The notes: generated by a model from the sequence alone, not told the origin. Shown: positions 9,451 through 19,712, numbered from the stretch's first letter. The stretch: DNA of 64,000 nucleotides from an uncultured Planctomycetota bacterium (GCA_963823665.1 CAWGMQ010000008.1:1984001-2048000); one strand, 5' to 3'. A program made the numbers and translations.

Positions 9451-9901
9451 CTTCTGGGGCTTGTCTGGGAGATTGAATACCGGAGCGTCCAGGGGCGCTC
9501 GATTGACGACGAGCCCGGCCGCTAAACATGCCGCCGCGATGGAACAGTGGCAAGCGGATCAAATCGGCCCCGATGGCAAAGAGAAGAAAACGAAGCCCCC
9601 GCCGCCGCCGAGGCCTCGGAGGATCGATATCAACGATGCCACGATGGAAGTGTTGCCCGGCCAGCTTCAGCCAGTTAGCGACAACTAGCTTCTCTGCCGT
9701 CGGTGCGAGCCCTGGTAAACAGGCTGTATTGGGCCCAGACGGGATTTTCCGATGGCGCCTGGGTATAAGTTTATCGTGGTATTTACAGTCCCCCTTCACA
9801 CGGGATAGGCTTTGCCAGTCGCGCATAGCTTCCGCCTTCCTGCCGCACGGTGCCTTTCTGGAAGGAGGAGCCTATACCATCTCTGAAAGAGCGAGGAAAC
9901 C

Positions 9902-10627
9902 ATGTGGAAACGAATTAAGCGCAGGATACGTAATGCCGCAAAGTATATCGTCAAGGAGGCGATTGAGGAGGCATTGGAGGACGACGCATCCAACATGGAG
10001 CGACAGATCCAGCGAGGCGCGATGATTAAATCGTCGGAGTTCATTTGCGAGAATATCGAACTGAGCAAGCTGTTCGGCGATCGATACAAGTTGATGAAGC
10101 GGTGCCTGGAACTAATCTCTCCCTCGGGACTGATCCTCGAGTTTGGAGTCTACAGGGGCAACTCGATCCGTTTCATCGGTGAACAGGTTAATTCCCGTCT
10201 AGTGTTCGGCTTCGACTCTTTCGAAGGTCTGAACGAAGCCTGGGGTTTCATGCCTCGCGGTGCATTCGCGGATGTTCATCAACTGACTCAAATCCCACAA
10301 AACGTGACCTTGATCAAGGGATGGTTTGACCAGACGCTTCCGGGTTTCCTTGAAGAGCATGCCGGTCCTGTCGCCTTGGTTCACATTGATTCCGATCTCT
10401 ACTCGTCGTGCTCATATGTGCTGAGCACGCTATCGCCGCGGCTGATTTCCGGCTCGGTAATTGTCTTCGACGAGCTCTTGAATTATCCCACCTGGCAACA
10501 AGGGGAGTTCCGAGCCTTCAACGAGTGGAAAGATGCGAACGGAGTCAGGTTCGAATTCGTCGGCTTCGTTCCGCGACCAGGAATTGGGGCGTCTGGGCAC
10601 CAGGTTGCAATTCGGATCGTAGAGTGA
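9902..10627 (+). CDS. Class I SAM-dependent methyltransferase (TylF/MycF-like)
   Basis: LEFGVYRGNS, FGFDSFEGL, LIKGWFDQTLP, VHIDSDLYSS, IVFDEL. Confidence 0.9.
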   Translation: MWKRIKRRIRNAAKYIVKEAIEEALEDDASNMERQIQRGAMIKSSEFICENIELSKLFGDRYKLMKRCLELISPSGLILEFGVYRGNSIRFIGEQVNSRLVFGFDSFEGLNEAWGFMPRGAFADVHQLTQIPQNVTLIKGWFDQTLPGFLEEHAGPVALVHIDSDLYSSCSYVLSTLSPRLISGSVIVFDELLNYPTWQQGEFRAFNEWKDANGVRFEFVGFVPRPGIGASGHQVAIRIVE

Positions 10628-10635
10628 TCTGATTC

Positions 10636-12033
10636 ATGGTTGTGCTATTGCGATCAAAAAAACGTGCGGCCGCTGGCCTGCCGTACAAATCAACGTCGCT
10701 CACCTGCAAGTCAATCAACCCAACGCCGGGGCTCAACGTGAAGCCTGTAGAACATCGAATTTTCGCGAACTCGATCAGCGATGGGGATTCCAGTCTTTCC
10801 ATCGGATACTATAGCCCGCAATGGCCTCCTGAAGGATCTGCCAACGGGATCGTCACTGCGATCGCCACCCTCACTCCGGCACTGAGGGCCCAGGGCCACA
10901 AAGTCACGATTCTAACCCCGCACAATCCGGTGCCAAAGAAGGAAATAGTTTGTGCAGCCCCGGTTTATGTGTTGACGGACTCCCAGCGTGATTGGAATCT
11001 AGTCGGGGGAGCCGTTCGTAAGTTGGGGCATCGCCTGTTCCCCAACTTTACTTTCAACTATGTGATGGGAAATTTGATCAAGGCGGCGCTGAGACGAGCC
11101 CAAACCGAACAGGGGATCCAGTTGTTCGAGATGGAAGAAACGTTCGGTCTGGCGCAGCGGGTCTGCTCAGAAGCCTCGATCCCGATTTGCGTGCGTCTCC
11201 ACGGGCCGAGGTTCCTCAACCATGCGATGATAAAAGAAGCCGCCCAAACCGCCACCTTACGGCGATGCATCCGCCTCGAGGGGGAAGCGATCCAGGCCGC
11301 TCATGCGATCACAGCTCCTTCAAGGGACGTTCTGGACCGAGTCCGCCAGTTCTACGGGATTACACTTCCCGATGCTAAAGTGATCCCGGGCACAACGCCC
11401 GCGGTTCCCGTAGAGAGCCGGTGGCGACTGGAAACTGCCGAACCCAAGACAGTGCTGTTCATCGGGGATGGCACCTACAGAAAAGGGTGGGACCTGATCA
11501 TTCAGGCTTGTGTTCGCGTCTTCCGAGAGGTTCCCGAGTCGCAGCTCTGGCTTGTCGGTCGGCCGGGGTTATTCGTCGGCGAGGATGGACGGCGATGGAC
11601 GCATGAGGACTACATCAACGATCGACTCCCCGGCGCCCTGCAACGCAACCGGGTCAAGTCTCTGGGCTACCAGCCACCCGCTGAACTCGAGGCGCTGCGA
11701 CGAAAGGCTTTCCTGACGGTCATCTGCTCGCGGTACGAGACGTTCTCCTCGGCAACGCTCGAGGCGATGACACACGGCTGCCCCGTCGTTGCAGCAAGAA
11801 TCGGTGGGATGACTGAGATCGTTCAGGAAGGGATCGACGGATTAATGCATCGTGCGGGGGATTCCGAAGACCTCGCTACCCGGATCATCGAACTGCTCGA
11901 AGATCCCGACCGTGCCGGGCGCTTTGGTCGAGAAGCCGGGGAATCCTGCGAGCGACGTTTCCACCCCCAGGTGATCTCCGCCCGGATGACCGAGTTTTAT
12001 CGGGACGTGATCCAGAAATGGAAATCCCCCTGA
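10636..12033 (+). CDS. Glycosyltransferase family 4 (GT-B); true start may be downstream
   Basis: NGIVTAIATL...GHKVTIL, RKGWDLII, SRYETFSSATLEAMTHGCPVVAARIGGMTEIV (EX7E). Confidence 0.9.
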   Translation: MVVLLRSKKRAAAGLPYKSTSLTCKSINPTPGLNVKPVEHRIFANSISDGDSSLSIGYYSPQWPPEGSANGIVTAIATLTPALRAQGHKVTILTPHNPVPKKEIVCAAPVYVLTDSQRDWNLVGGAVRKLGHRLFPNFTFNYVMGNLIKAALRRAQTEQGIQLFEMEETFGLAQRVCSEASIPICVRLHGPRFLNHAMIKEAAQTATLRRCIRLEGEAIQAAHAITAPSRDVLDRVRQFYGITLPDAKVIPGTTPAVPVESRWRLETAEPKTVLFIGDGTYRKGWDLIIQACVRVFREVPESQLWLVGRPGLFVGEDGRRWTHEDYINDRLPGALQRNRVKSLGYQPPAELEALRRKAFLTVICSRYETFSSATLEAMTHGCPVVAARIGGMTEIVQEGIDGLMHRAGDSEDLATRIIELLEDPDRAGRFGREAGESCERRFHPQVISARMTEFYRDVIQKWKSP

Positions 12034-12309
12034 ACTCGTCACGCCGGGGGCAGACATATCCGACGTGTGCGACCGACCGGCTCTCGATTCGCAGCGCAGC
12101 CAGATCGATCGACCGCTTCTGATATACCGCAGACAACTACATGGATATCGACTATCCGGCGGTCCTTCTTACGATCGTCGAGAGCGACGCGCTGGGGTTA
12201 ATGACCGTGATTCGGAACGAGAATCGATGGGACAGGAGCATGTGCTATTCGAGGACGGCCGTCTGCTCTGCTATGATAAGAAGGCACCCACGCCCGTGAT
12301 GAGGTACAT

Positions 12310-12544
12310 CGACTATGTCAAGGCCCTCCAGCATGCCAAGTCGATCGGGGCCGACATCTGCGGTATCGTCGGCCGCGACGGCGGCTACACTGCAAAAGTC
12401 GCCGACGCCTGCATTGTGATCCCCACCGTCAATCCCGAGACCATCACACCTCACTCCGAGGCCTTTCAGGCGGTGATCTGGCATCTGCTCGTCTCGCACC
12501 CGTCCCTCAAGGCGGTTGGCACAAAGTGGGAGTCGATGCGATGA
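12310..12544 (+). pseudogene. gmhA: SIS-domain phosphoheptose isomerase (GmhA-like), C-terminal fragment
   Basis: KALQHAKSIGADICGIVGRDGGYTAKVADACIVIPTVNPETITPHSEAFQAVIWHLLVSHP; upstream sequence unrelated. Confidence 0.75.
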
Positions 12545-13062
12545 TCTCCCACTGCGCTGTCTTCCTCGACCGCGACGACGTTTCCTGCTATAACCTAACC
12601 GAGATGGAGATCCTGCCCGGCGTCGCGGAGGCGATCAACCGTTTCAAAGACCCCGGTCTGCTCCGGATAGTGGTCACCAAACAGCCCAACGTCGCCCGCG
12701 GAACAGAGACTCGCGAGGCCATCGGGGCCATGAATCTCGCGCTCGTGGAGCGACTGCCGCTGGATGATGTATTCACTTGCGATCATGATACTCCCGATCG
12801 ATGCTCCTGTCGAAAGCCGTTGCCCGGGGCTTCTCCACCCCAAACCGCCGAGAGGCACGGGATCGATCTGGCCGGGAGTTTCATGGTCGGCGATCGCTGG
12901 AGTGACGCCGTGGCTGGACTGACTGCAGGCTGTCGGACCTTCCTGATCGCCGAGTCCTGCAGCCAGCGCGAGTACCGCGGGCCCGACTTTGAAGTATCGG
13001 ACGTCGCCACCGTCCCCGATGTGATCTCCCAGTTCTTATCCCAAGACACCCCCGAGCGATGA
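12541..13062 (+). CDS. gmhB: D-glycero-D-manno-heptose bisphosphate phosphatase (HAD), possibly degraded
   Basis: AVFLDRDD, VVTKQPNVARG, CDH..DRCSCRKPLPG, SFMVGDRWSD; canonical DRDGV and VTNQ are altered. Confidence 0.75.
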   Translation: MISHCAVFLDRDDVSCYNLTEMEILPGVAEAINRFKDPGLLRIVVTKQPNVARGTETREAIGAMNLALVERLPLDDVFTCDHDTPDRCSCRKPLPGASPPQTAERHGIDLAGSFMVGDRWSDAVAGLTAGCRTFLIAESCSQREYRGPDFEVSDVATVPDVISQFLSQDTPER

Positions 13063-13069
13063 ATCCACC

Positions 13070-13825
13070 ATGTCTCTGATCACGAACCTGCGCACCAAGA
13101 TCTTCGCGGACGGAGCCGAGCTAGCAGGTATGCTTGACATGGCCCAGAAGCCATACATCTCTGGTTTCACGACCAATCCCACGCTGATGCGAAAGGCCGG
13201 CATCACTGACTACCGGGCCTTCGCCAAGCAGGTCGTCGCCGCGATCCCAGACAAACCGATCTCGTTCGAGGTTTTCTCGGACGAGTTCGACGAGATGGAG
13301 CGGCAAGCACAAGAAATTGCCACTTGGGGCCGGGAGGTCTACGTCAAGATTCCCGTGACGAACACCCGGGGCGAATCTGCATGTCCGTTGATCGAGCGGC
13401 TGGCCGCCAGGGAGGTCAAGCTCAACGTCACAGCGCTGATGACCCTCGCACAGGTCCGCGCCGTCTCAACTGCCCTCGAGGCTCACGCCCCGAGTTGCAT
13501 TTCCGTGTTCGCCGGCCGGGTTGCAGACACCGGGCGCGACCCTGTACCGCTGATGTCCGAGGCGGTCGCCGTTATGAGGCCCTATCCGTCACAGCAGCTC
13601 ATCTGGGCCAGCCCACGGGAACTGCTCAACATCTTCCACGCCGACTCGATCGGCTGCCACATCATCACGGTGACCAACGACATCCTGAAGAAGCTGACGC
13701 TGGTCGGCAAGGATCTTTCGGAATACTCTCTCGATACCGTTAAGATGTTCCACGATGACGCCAAGGCGGCCGGATTTAGCCTCAGACCTCCTGATCCGCG
13801 AGCCGAGAGTGATAAAGATAATTGA
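13070..13825 (+). CDS. tal: Transaldolase (short type)
   Basis: IFADGA, GFTTNPTLM, PISFEVFSD, VYVKIPV, LNVTA, ISVFAGRVADTG, WASPRE. Confidence 0.92.
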   Translation: MSLITNLRTKIFADGAELAGMLDMAQKPYISGFTTNPTLMRKAGITDYRAFAKQVVAAIPDKPISFEVFSDEFDEMERQAQEIATWGREVYVKIPVTNTRGESACPLIERLAAREVKLNVTALMTLAQVRAVSTALEAHAPSCISVFAGRVADTGRDPVPLMSEAVAVMRPYPSQQLIWASPRELLNIFHADSIGCHIITVTNDILKKLTLVGKDLSEYSLDTVKMFHDDAKAAGFSLRPPDPRAESDKDN

Positions 13826-14349
13826 CAGCTGCGGATCCTCTCCAGTGCCGACTTCGACGCCAAGTCGCTCTTGACGGTGGTGTTCTCGGGGGACGGGCGA
13901 CACACCGATCGGGACTCACGATCGGCCCCGCTCGCGCGTGTTATGGCCTGGCTTTCCGGCGCCCAGACGCCCGGACCATCGCCACGATGCCGGCGCGGAC
14001 AGCCTCGGGCAGTCGATCCCACGCCTCGATGACGGCGGTCAAACCGGGGTCATTCGATGCCTGCGCGCTGTCCCTACGCTGTCAACGCGGGTTGTGCTTG
14101 CCCTAACTTCTTGATATTCCTCGTGGTTGCGTCGAGCGAGTCGCGGACTTCGAATCCGCGAGCAGCTTCCTGCGCGGGGCTTCGTCTTGGCGGCTTGGCC
14201 ATCCTCCTTGCAATCCATGAGACCAGGTACGCTTTAGTTGAACAAACCATTGTTTACCTGATGCACAATCCGCGCGCGAAATCCGGATGAACCTTAAATT
14301 CATGGTGAACTCGCACAAGAGGCCAGTCCGAGCACGCGTTTTGATTCGA

Positions 14350-14432
14350 CCGCGTGTTCACAATTAACAAAGAAATCGCGCAAAGCCGTATCCCCAGAGT
14401 TAACAGCCGTATCCATTGAGTGATTGCACTTT
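14350..14432 (-). repeat. 83-bp dispersed element, copy 2 (inverted relative to 8613-8695)
   Basis: Reverse complement is 69/83 identical to copy 1. Confidence 0.85.
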
Positions 14433-14619
14433 TTTTGGAGTGTTTTATGGCCGGGAAGAGGAACCCGTCGCATATTATACACAGACGATGAGGTGAGCCT
14501 GAAGTCGACGCCCGACAGAACGCAGCATGAGAAGTGCGTACCCAAATCACGCAAGGCTATTTAGGAACTGGAACGCAATTCCGGTTGGGTTCCAATGAAT
14601 CCAATCGGAGTCAACATCC

Positions 14620-15152
14620 ATGAACCAGACACACAAGCACTTTGTCCGCGGCGGCCAAACAATGCAAAATCTTCTTCCACGAGCTGCCGCGAAGACCAGT
14701 CCCTTCAAGCGAAAACCCAAATTCGATACGTCAGTCAGCGAGTATGTTTGGCTGTCCGAATCGGATTCTGGTATGAACGCAAGGAAGCCAGTGGTTCGCG
14801 CGAGAAACAGAGTGCAGAAAATTCCCTCTGCAGCCGGTCAGGGGCGACTAGCGTTTCAAATCTTTCCGCAAGCACCGCGATTGGTGCCTTTATTTCCTAT
14901 CGGAAGCTATACGCCTCACTCAAAATGTCGCACTCCGGACCAATCGAACGCGGTTCAGTGTTTTGCTGCATGGTCTGCCATACTTCCGGACAAGACGACC
15001 ATCCTGCGCTCAAGTACAGCCGTGCTGTTGATCTAAACGCCGAACTAGAACACAAGCGCTTGCTGGTAAGCAAAGCATATTCGCAGCAGCCACTATTTAG
15101 TGTCACTCGAAGACAGCGCAGACAGAAGCTATTCGGTGCTCATCCGAGATAA
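14620..15152 (+). pseudogene. Hypothetical Cys-rich protein with a frameshift
   Basis: LFPIGSYTPHSKC (one frame) continues as HSGPIERGSVFCCMVCHTSGQDDHPAL (another frame) across ~14930. Confidence 0.4.
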
Positions 15153-15336
15153 ATGATCTCAGCGAGACTCCGAGATCGGCTAAACCGACAAACGTTACGC
15201 CAGAATGTCGCGATCGTATGCCGAGAGGATGCCGTAGATTCTTTTGCGATCACACCAGCCGGCGTGATTTCCGATTCGAGGCAAACCAAGACCGGATCTG
15301 ATCGCTTCCGCTATTGTTTACAACCCCGAGAACAAT

Positions 15337-16110
15337 ATGTCCCTCGAAATGCCACCGACTACACTGCTGGCAACGCCAACTTCGACGCCAGCTCCAGTTG
15401 CAGCGCCCCCCCCCAACGTCCCAACACCAACGGCGACTCAAGCCGCCGCCCCGGCGACCGTCACGATCCCGCTCGACCAGCTTAACGCCTTCACGGCGAT
15501 GCAGGCGCGGCTCGTGAAGGTCGAAGAGGAACAACAGAAACGCGAAGCCGCGGTGCGCGAGGAGCAGGTCAAGATTCTCGCCGCCAAAGGGCAGGTCGAA
15601 GAGGCGCTCCGTCAGCAGCGCGAAGAAGCCCAGCGGGCCATCGAGGCCGAGCGGGTGCAGCGCGCCCAGACCGAAGAACGGGCCAAGCGGTACGCCCTGG
15701 ACGGCGAGCTCGCCCGGGCGCTGGGATCGCAACCGCTCGTCCCTGGCGGCGCCGAGCAATTGACGCACCTGCTCCGCGACCATTTCGTCGTTGAGCAGGC
15801 CGGGAACTCGTTCCAGGTTCGCACGCAAGACTTCCGGTCGGTCGGCGACTATATCGGTGCCATGCTCGGCCGCTCCGAGTTTGCCCATTTCCTGCGGGCG
15901 CAGAACCCCGCCGGCGGGACCGGCGGCGTCGGCACGCAGTCGGCTCCGTCGTCGCCGGCCAATCCCGCGGCGCCGGTCGAGCCGAAGAACTTCTCCGAGG
16001 CCGTCCTGATGCAGTACGCCGCGACCGCGAAACAGTCGGCCGACCCGCGGCTTAATCCGACGGTGCCGTTCGGGTTGCGGGGAGTCGGACCGGCGGCGAA
16101 GACGGGCTAA
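15337..16110 (+). CDS. Putative capsid scaffolding protein
   Basis: Pro/Thr-rich N-terminus, long E/Q/R/A coiled coil, AHFLRAQNPAGGTGG motif, lies just upstream of the capsid gene. Confidence 0.7.
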   Translation: MSLEMPPTTLLATPTSTPAPVAAPPPNVPTPTATQAAAPATVTIPLDQLNAFTAMQARLVKVEEEQQKREAAVREEQVKILAAKGQVEEALRQQREEAQRAIEAERVQRAQTEERAKRYALDGELARALGSQPLVPGGAEQLTHLLRDHFVVEQAGNSFQVRTQDFRSVGDYIGAMLGRSEFAHFLRAQNPAGGTGGVGTQSAPSSPANPAAPVEPKNFSEAVLMQYAATAKQSADPRLNPTVPFGLRGVGPAAKTG

Positions 16111-16113
16111 GCG

Positions 16114-16329
16114 ATGCCAACCCCCCAAGCCCAGTGGCTCACTCTGGCGTTCCTCCTACTCGTCTCGGCGACCGTCGTCGCTTACGACGTTTTGATCATC
16201 CGCGCCGCCGGCCCCGACGCTTCGATTTCGCGGGTCCTCGGCCGTCTGCTCGAGCTGCCGTCGGCGTTCGTCGTTTTCGTCTTCTGGCTCGGCGTGCTCG
16301 TCGGGCATGTTTGGGTTCCCGCAAGATAA
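16114..16329 (+). CDS. Small two-TM membrane protein (holin-like)
   Basis: 71 aa, two hydrophobic segments, ASISRV and LGVLVGHVW. Confidence 0.5.
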   Translation: MPTPQAQWLTLAFLLLVSATVVAYDVLIIRAAGPDASISRVLGRLLELPSAFVVFVFWLGVLVGHVWVPAR

Positions 16330-16404
16330 TCGCCCCTCGAGGGCACTCCGGCCGGGCATCGCAGCCGACCCGAGACCCGTGCACCGCTGCTCTGAGACGT
16401 TCCC

Positions 16405-17586
16405 ATGTCCGCCAATTTCCTTCAAGGGTTCCTCGGCACCCAGCAAGCCGGCATCGAAGCACGGAATGACATCACCGTCGCCGTGCGCAACTGGTTCGCC
16501 AACCGAAACCCGCTCGTGACCCGGCTGCCGTACGTCCCGGTCGAGCGCGTCGACTTCCTGATGTACTCCCACCAGTACCGCAATCGGTCGACCACGCTCG
16601 CCACGGCGATCTCGGCGTCGCACGACGACCGGTCTGGTGCTCGGCGACTCGACGTTCCTGATGAATCACGACGTCCTCGAGCTGGTCGACTCCAACGGGA
16701 CGACCGAGCGTGTCCAGATCAACGGCGACCCGACGTCGTCGCTCGACGATCACGGTCATTCGCGGGGTCGCCGGCACGACCGCGACCACGACGCTGTCAA
16801 CCGCGACCGTCGTCAACCTGATCGGTAACAGCCGGACGGGCGCCGAGGTCAACCAGACCGGCCTGACGACGATCGGCGTGTCCCGCACGCAGTATTGCCA
16901 GACGTTCCAGTTCCCGGTGCAGATCGGCGGCTCGGCCCAGACGGCACGGGCGCAGGTCATGCCGGGCGGCATTCAGTCGCCGTTCGACTTCAACATGACG
17001 ATCCAGCTCCAGAACATGGTCGACGACATCGAGAACACCTGCTATTACGGGATCTCTCAGGCCCCCGTCGACTGCCGCCGGCACGACCGCCAAGATGAAC
17101 GGGCTGCGGTACATCCTGCAGACGAACAACATCAGCCCGGCGACCAGCACGACGCCGACCAACGCCTCGGCCTACGGCTCGACCGACCTGATCCGCGACA
17201 CGCTCCAGGCCGCCCGCAGCGGCGGCGGCGAGCCCGACCTGCTGGTCGTATCGACTAACTTCATGAGCGGCTTCGCGACGTGGGGCCAGGCCGTCCAGCG
17301 CATCCCGGCCGGCGAGACCGTCTTCGGCACGCCGATCAACGTGCTCGAGGCGCCGTTCCTTCACGGCGTGACGATCGTCGAAGCGCCGCTCTTGCGGCCG
17401 TACACCGCGATCGCCCTGACGTCGAGCGAGGTCTACATCCGCAACAAGCGGAACCCGTACTGGAACCTCCGCGGCAACCGCGGCGACATGGTCGAGGGCG
17501 ACTGGATCGCGGAACTGGCGATCGAGGTCGTCAACGAGTCCCACCACGCCTGGGTCGAGGGCATCACGGCCTTCAGCGCAAACTGA
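16405..17586 (+). CDS. Major capsid protein, SU10/DUF5309-like; three 1-bp insertions (errors or pseudogene)
   Basis: Removing single bases at ~16621, ~16742 and ~17073 gives ~392 aa: RNPLVTRLP...TQYCQTFQFPVQIGGSAQ...DDIENTCYYG...KMNGLRYI...AELAIEVVNESHHA; family by recognition. Confidence 0.75.
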
Positions 17587-17638
17587 AGTAGCGTACCGTC
17601 CGTGCCGGCCGACTGCCGGCGGCTGATTAACGGCGACC

Positions 17639-18104
17639 ATGAAGACGCGGCGCCGCGGCGAAATCACCACCCCTACGGAACACCTTATGCTCTGGCGCTT
17701 CCGCGGCACACCCCACTACCTCGGCCAGCAGGCCAGCCGGCTCGGCGTGACTCCGGTCCTCGCCGACCGCGCCCGCAACAACCAGGAAATCTACCGCGTG
17801 TCGGTTCTGCTAGCCCAGCTCTGCGAGCGGTACCACAAGGCCCGCAAGGAAGACGGCCGGCCCGTCCTGCCGCTGACCGAACTGGCGCAGGTCCGCGGGA
17901 CGCTTCAGCAGGCCGAGCAGGAATGCGCCAAGCTGCACGCGCTGGCCGCGACCGCCGCCGACATGATCGACGAGGCGTACCGCGCTTTCGCGACCGAGCA
18001 GCCGCGGCGGCACGTTCCTCGTCATGAGCGATTACGACATCCCCACCATTCCGCTACCGCTCGGCGACGGCACCGTCGGGATTTCCGCCGCGGTCGGCGA
18101 CTAA
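17639..18104 (+). CDS. Hypothetical phage protein (1-bp insertion at ~18004)
   Basis: Helical MKTRRRGEITTP...FATEQP continues as GGTFLVMSDYDIP...AVGD* after removing one base. Confidence 0.5.
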
Positions 18105-18116
18105 GAGGTACAGCCC

Positions 18117-18869
18117 ATGTCCTACACGGCACCGAGCGTGGTCGCGAGCGGCATCAACTTCGCGACGTTCCAATCCGACGGCGCCTCAGGCCACCTCGAG
18201 GCCCTGATCACCGCCCAGGCCGCGACCGCGGCCCCGACGGCGGCGCCGACGCTTTCCGAAACCGGCTCCGGCGGTACGCTGCCGGCCGCCACGTATTACG
18301 CGGTCATCACGGAGTCGAACGGCTTCGGCGAGACGACCGCCAGTCCGGCCTCGACCGGCCAGGCGATCACGCTCGGCCAGGACCTGGTCGTCACGTTCCC
18401 GACGCTCAAGTCGGGCAACGTGTCGCGCAACACGTATGTCGGCACGGCGAGCACCGGCCCGTTCACGCTGGCCGCGTCCGGCACGACGGCCTCGACGGTG
18501 ACGATCTCCGCGCCACTGCCGATCAACAGCTATGCCGCCGCTCCGCCGACGATCAACACGACCGGATTGACGTACACCGACGCGAACGGGAACGTCCATA
18601 ACCGGCGGCTCGAGCTGCTACGGGCCGTCAAGGACGGCAACCTCGAGATGGTCTACCAGTTCCTGCGGCAGGTCGTCTACGACTTTAATCATGGCATGCC
18701 GATGTCGCTCGCGGGAACGATCTCGCGGTTCCGCGACGCGCATTGCGTGTTCGCCATCCTTTCGACGCTCTGCTCCGAGGCCGGTACGCTCGTCGACGCC
18801 AACGCGGGGACGCTCGGGACGTCGACGAACGTGATCGGGAACGTGACCAACAAACGGACCTGGCCCTAA
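18117..18869 (+). CDS. Putative virion structural/decoration protein
   Basis: Ser/Thr/Ala-rich beta-type sequence (APTLSETGSGGTLPAATYYAVIT...GET); RBS GAGG. Confidence 0.6.
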   Translation: MSYTAPSVVASGINFATFQSDGASGHLEALITAQAATAAPTAAPTLSETGSGGTLPAATYYAVITESNGFGETTASPASTGQAITLGQDLVVTFPTLKSGNVSRNTYVGTASTGPFTLAASGTTASTVTISAPLPINSYAAAPPTINTTGLTYTDANGNVHNRRLELLRAVKDGNLEMVYQFLRQVVYDFNHGMPMSLAGTISRFRDAHCVFAILSTLCSEAGTLVDANAGTLGTSTNVIGNVTNKRTWP

Positions 18870-18872
18870 GAG

Positions 18873-19709
18873 ATGAAGCAACCCAAACCGCTATTCCGCC
18901 GCTCGACCCCGACGACCGAGCACGAGTCAGTCCCGATCCCGCCGCCGGTCGACGTACCGGCGTTCCAGCCCGACCGCCACATCGTGCACGTCCCGGTCGC
19001 CCGGTTCATCGAGCTCGATTGCGACCATTGCCTGCGGGCGCTCGAGCATCAGTACGGCGTCCGGGTCGATCGGTCGAAAGGTTCGTCGGCGATCGATATC
19101 GCCCGCAACATCCGGGCAACCGAGTCGATGGTCGAGGGATTCGAGTCGGTGCTGTTCATCGACTCCGACATGATGTTCGACCCGGCCGACGCCGTGCGGC
19201 TCTTTTGTTCGCCGGAACCGGTGATTGCGGGCCTGTACGCCGCCAAGAAACTCGGCAACGGTCAGGTCAATTGCAACTTCGAGGACGGAATCGACTCCGT
19301 CAAGATCGGGCCGTGGGCCGACGAGCCGTACCCGATCCAGGCCGTCGGCGCCGGCTTCCTGCGGATCAAGACCAGCGCCCTGAAACACGTTGCCAAGACG
19401 CTCAACCTGCCGTACTGCAACATGGCCGAGCGGCGGGCCTACCCGTTCTTCCAGCCGATGATCGTCGAGATGGACGGCGTGCCGTGCTACCTCGGCGAAG
19501 ACTACAGCTTCATTCACCGTTGCCGCCTGGCCGGGCTGCGGCCCGTCGTCGACACGTCGTTTCGGCTCTGGCACATCGGCGATTACGCCTTCGGGATCGA
19601 AGAAGCCGGCGGCCAGTACATCGAGCGAAGCCGCAACCTGCTTTATCAGATCGGCCGCCAAAAACTCGGCAACGACCCGCGCGATACGGCGCCGCCTTCA
19701 TTGGATTGA
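18873..19709 (+). CDS. GT-A fold glycosyltransferase-like protein
   Basis: IARN, LFIDSDM (DxD), VGAGFLRI, YLGEDYSF..R, DTSFRLWHIG. Confidence 0.75.
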   Translation: MKQPKPLFRRSTPTTEHESVPIPPPVDVPAFQPDRHIVHVPVARFIELDCDHCLRALEHQYGVRVDRSKGSSAIDIARNIRATESMVEGFESVLFIDSDMMFDPADAVRLFCSPEPVIAGLYAAKKLGNGQVNCNFEDGIDSVKIGPWADEPYPIQAVGAGFLRIKTSALKHVAKTLNLPYCNMAERRAYPFFQPMIVEMDGVPCYLGEDYSFIHRCRLAGLRPVVDTSFRLWHIGDYAFGIEEAGGQYIERSRNLLYQIGRQKLGNDPRDTAPPSLD

Positions 19710-19712
19710 CGC

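Noticed and set aside
9461..9688. ComEA-like helix-hairpin-helix gene
   Set aside because: Only a short RIDINDAT...LPG resemblance; too fragmentary to call
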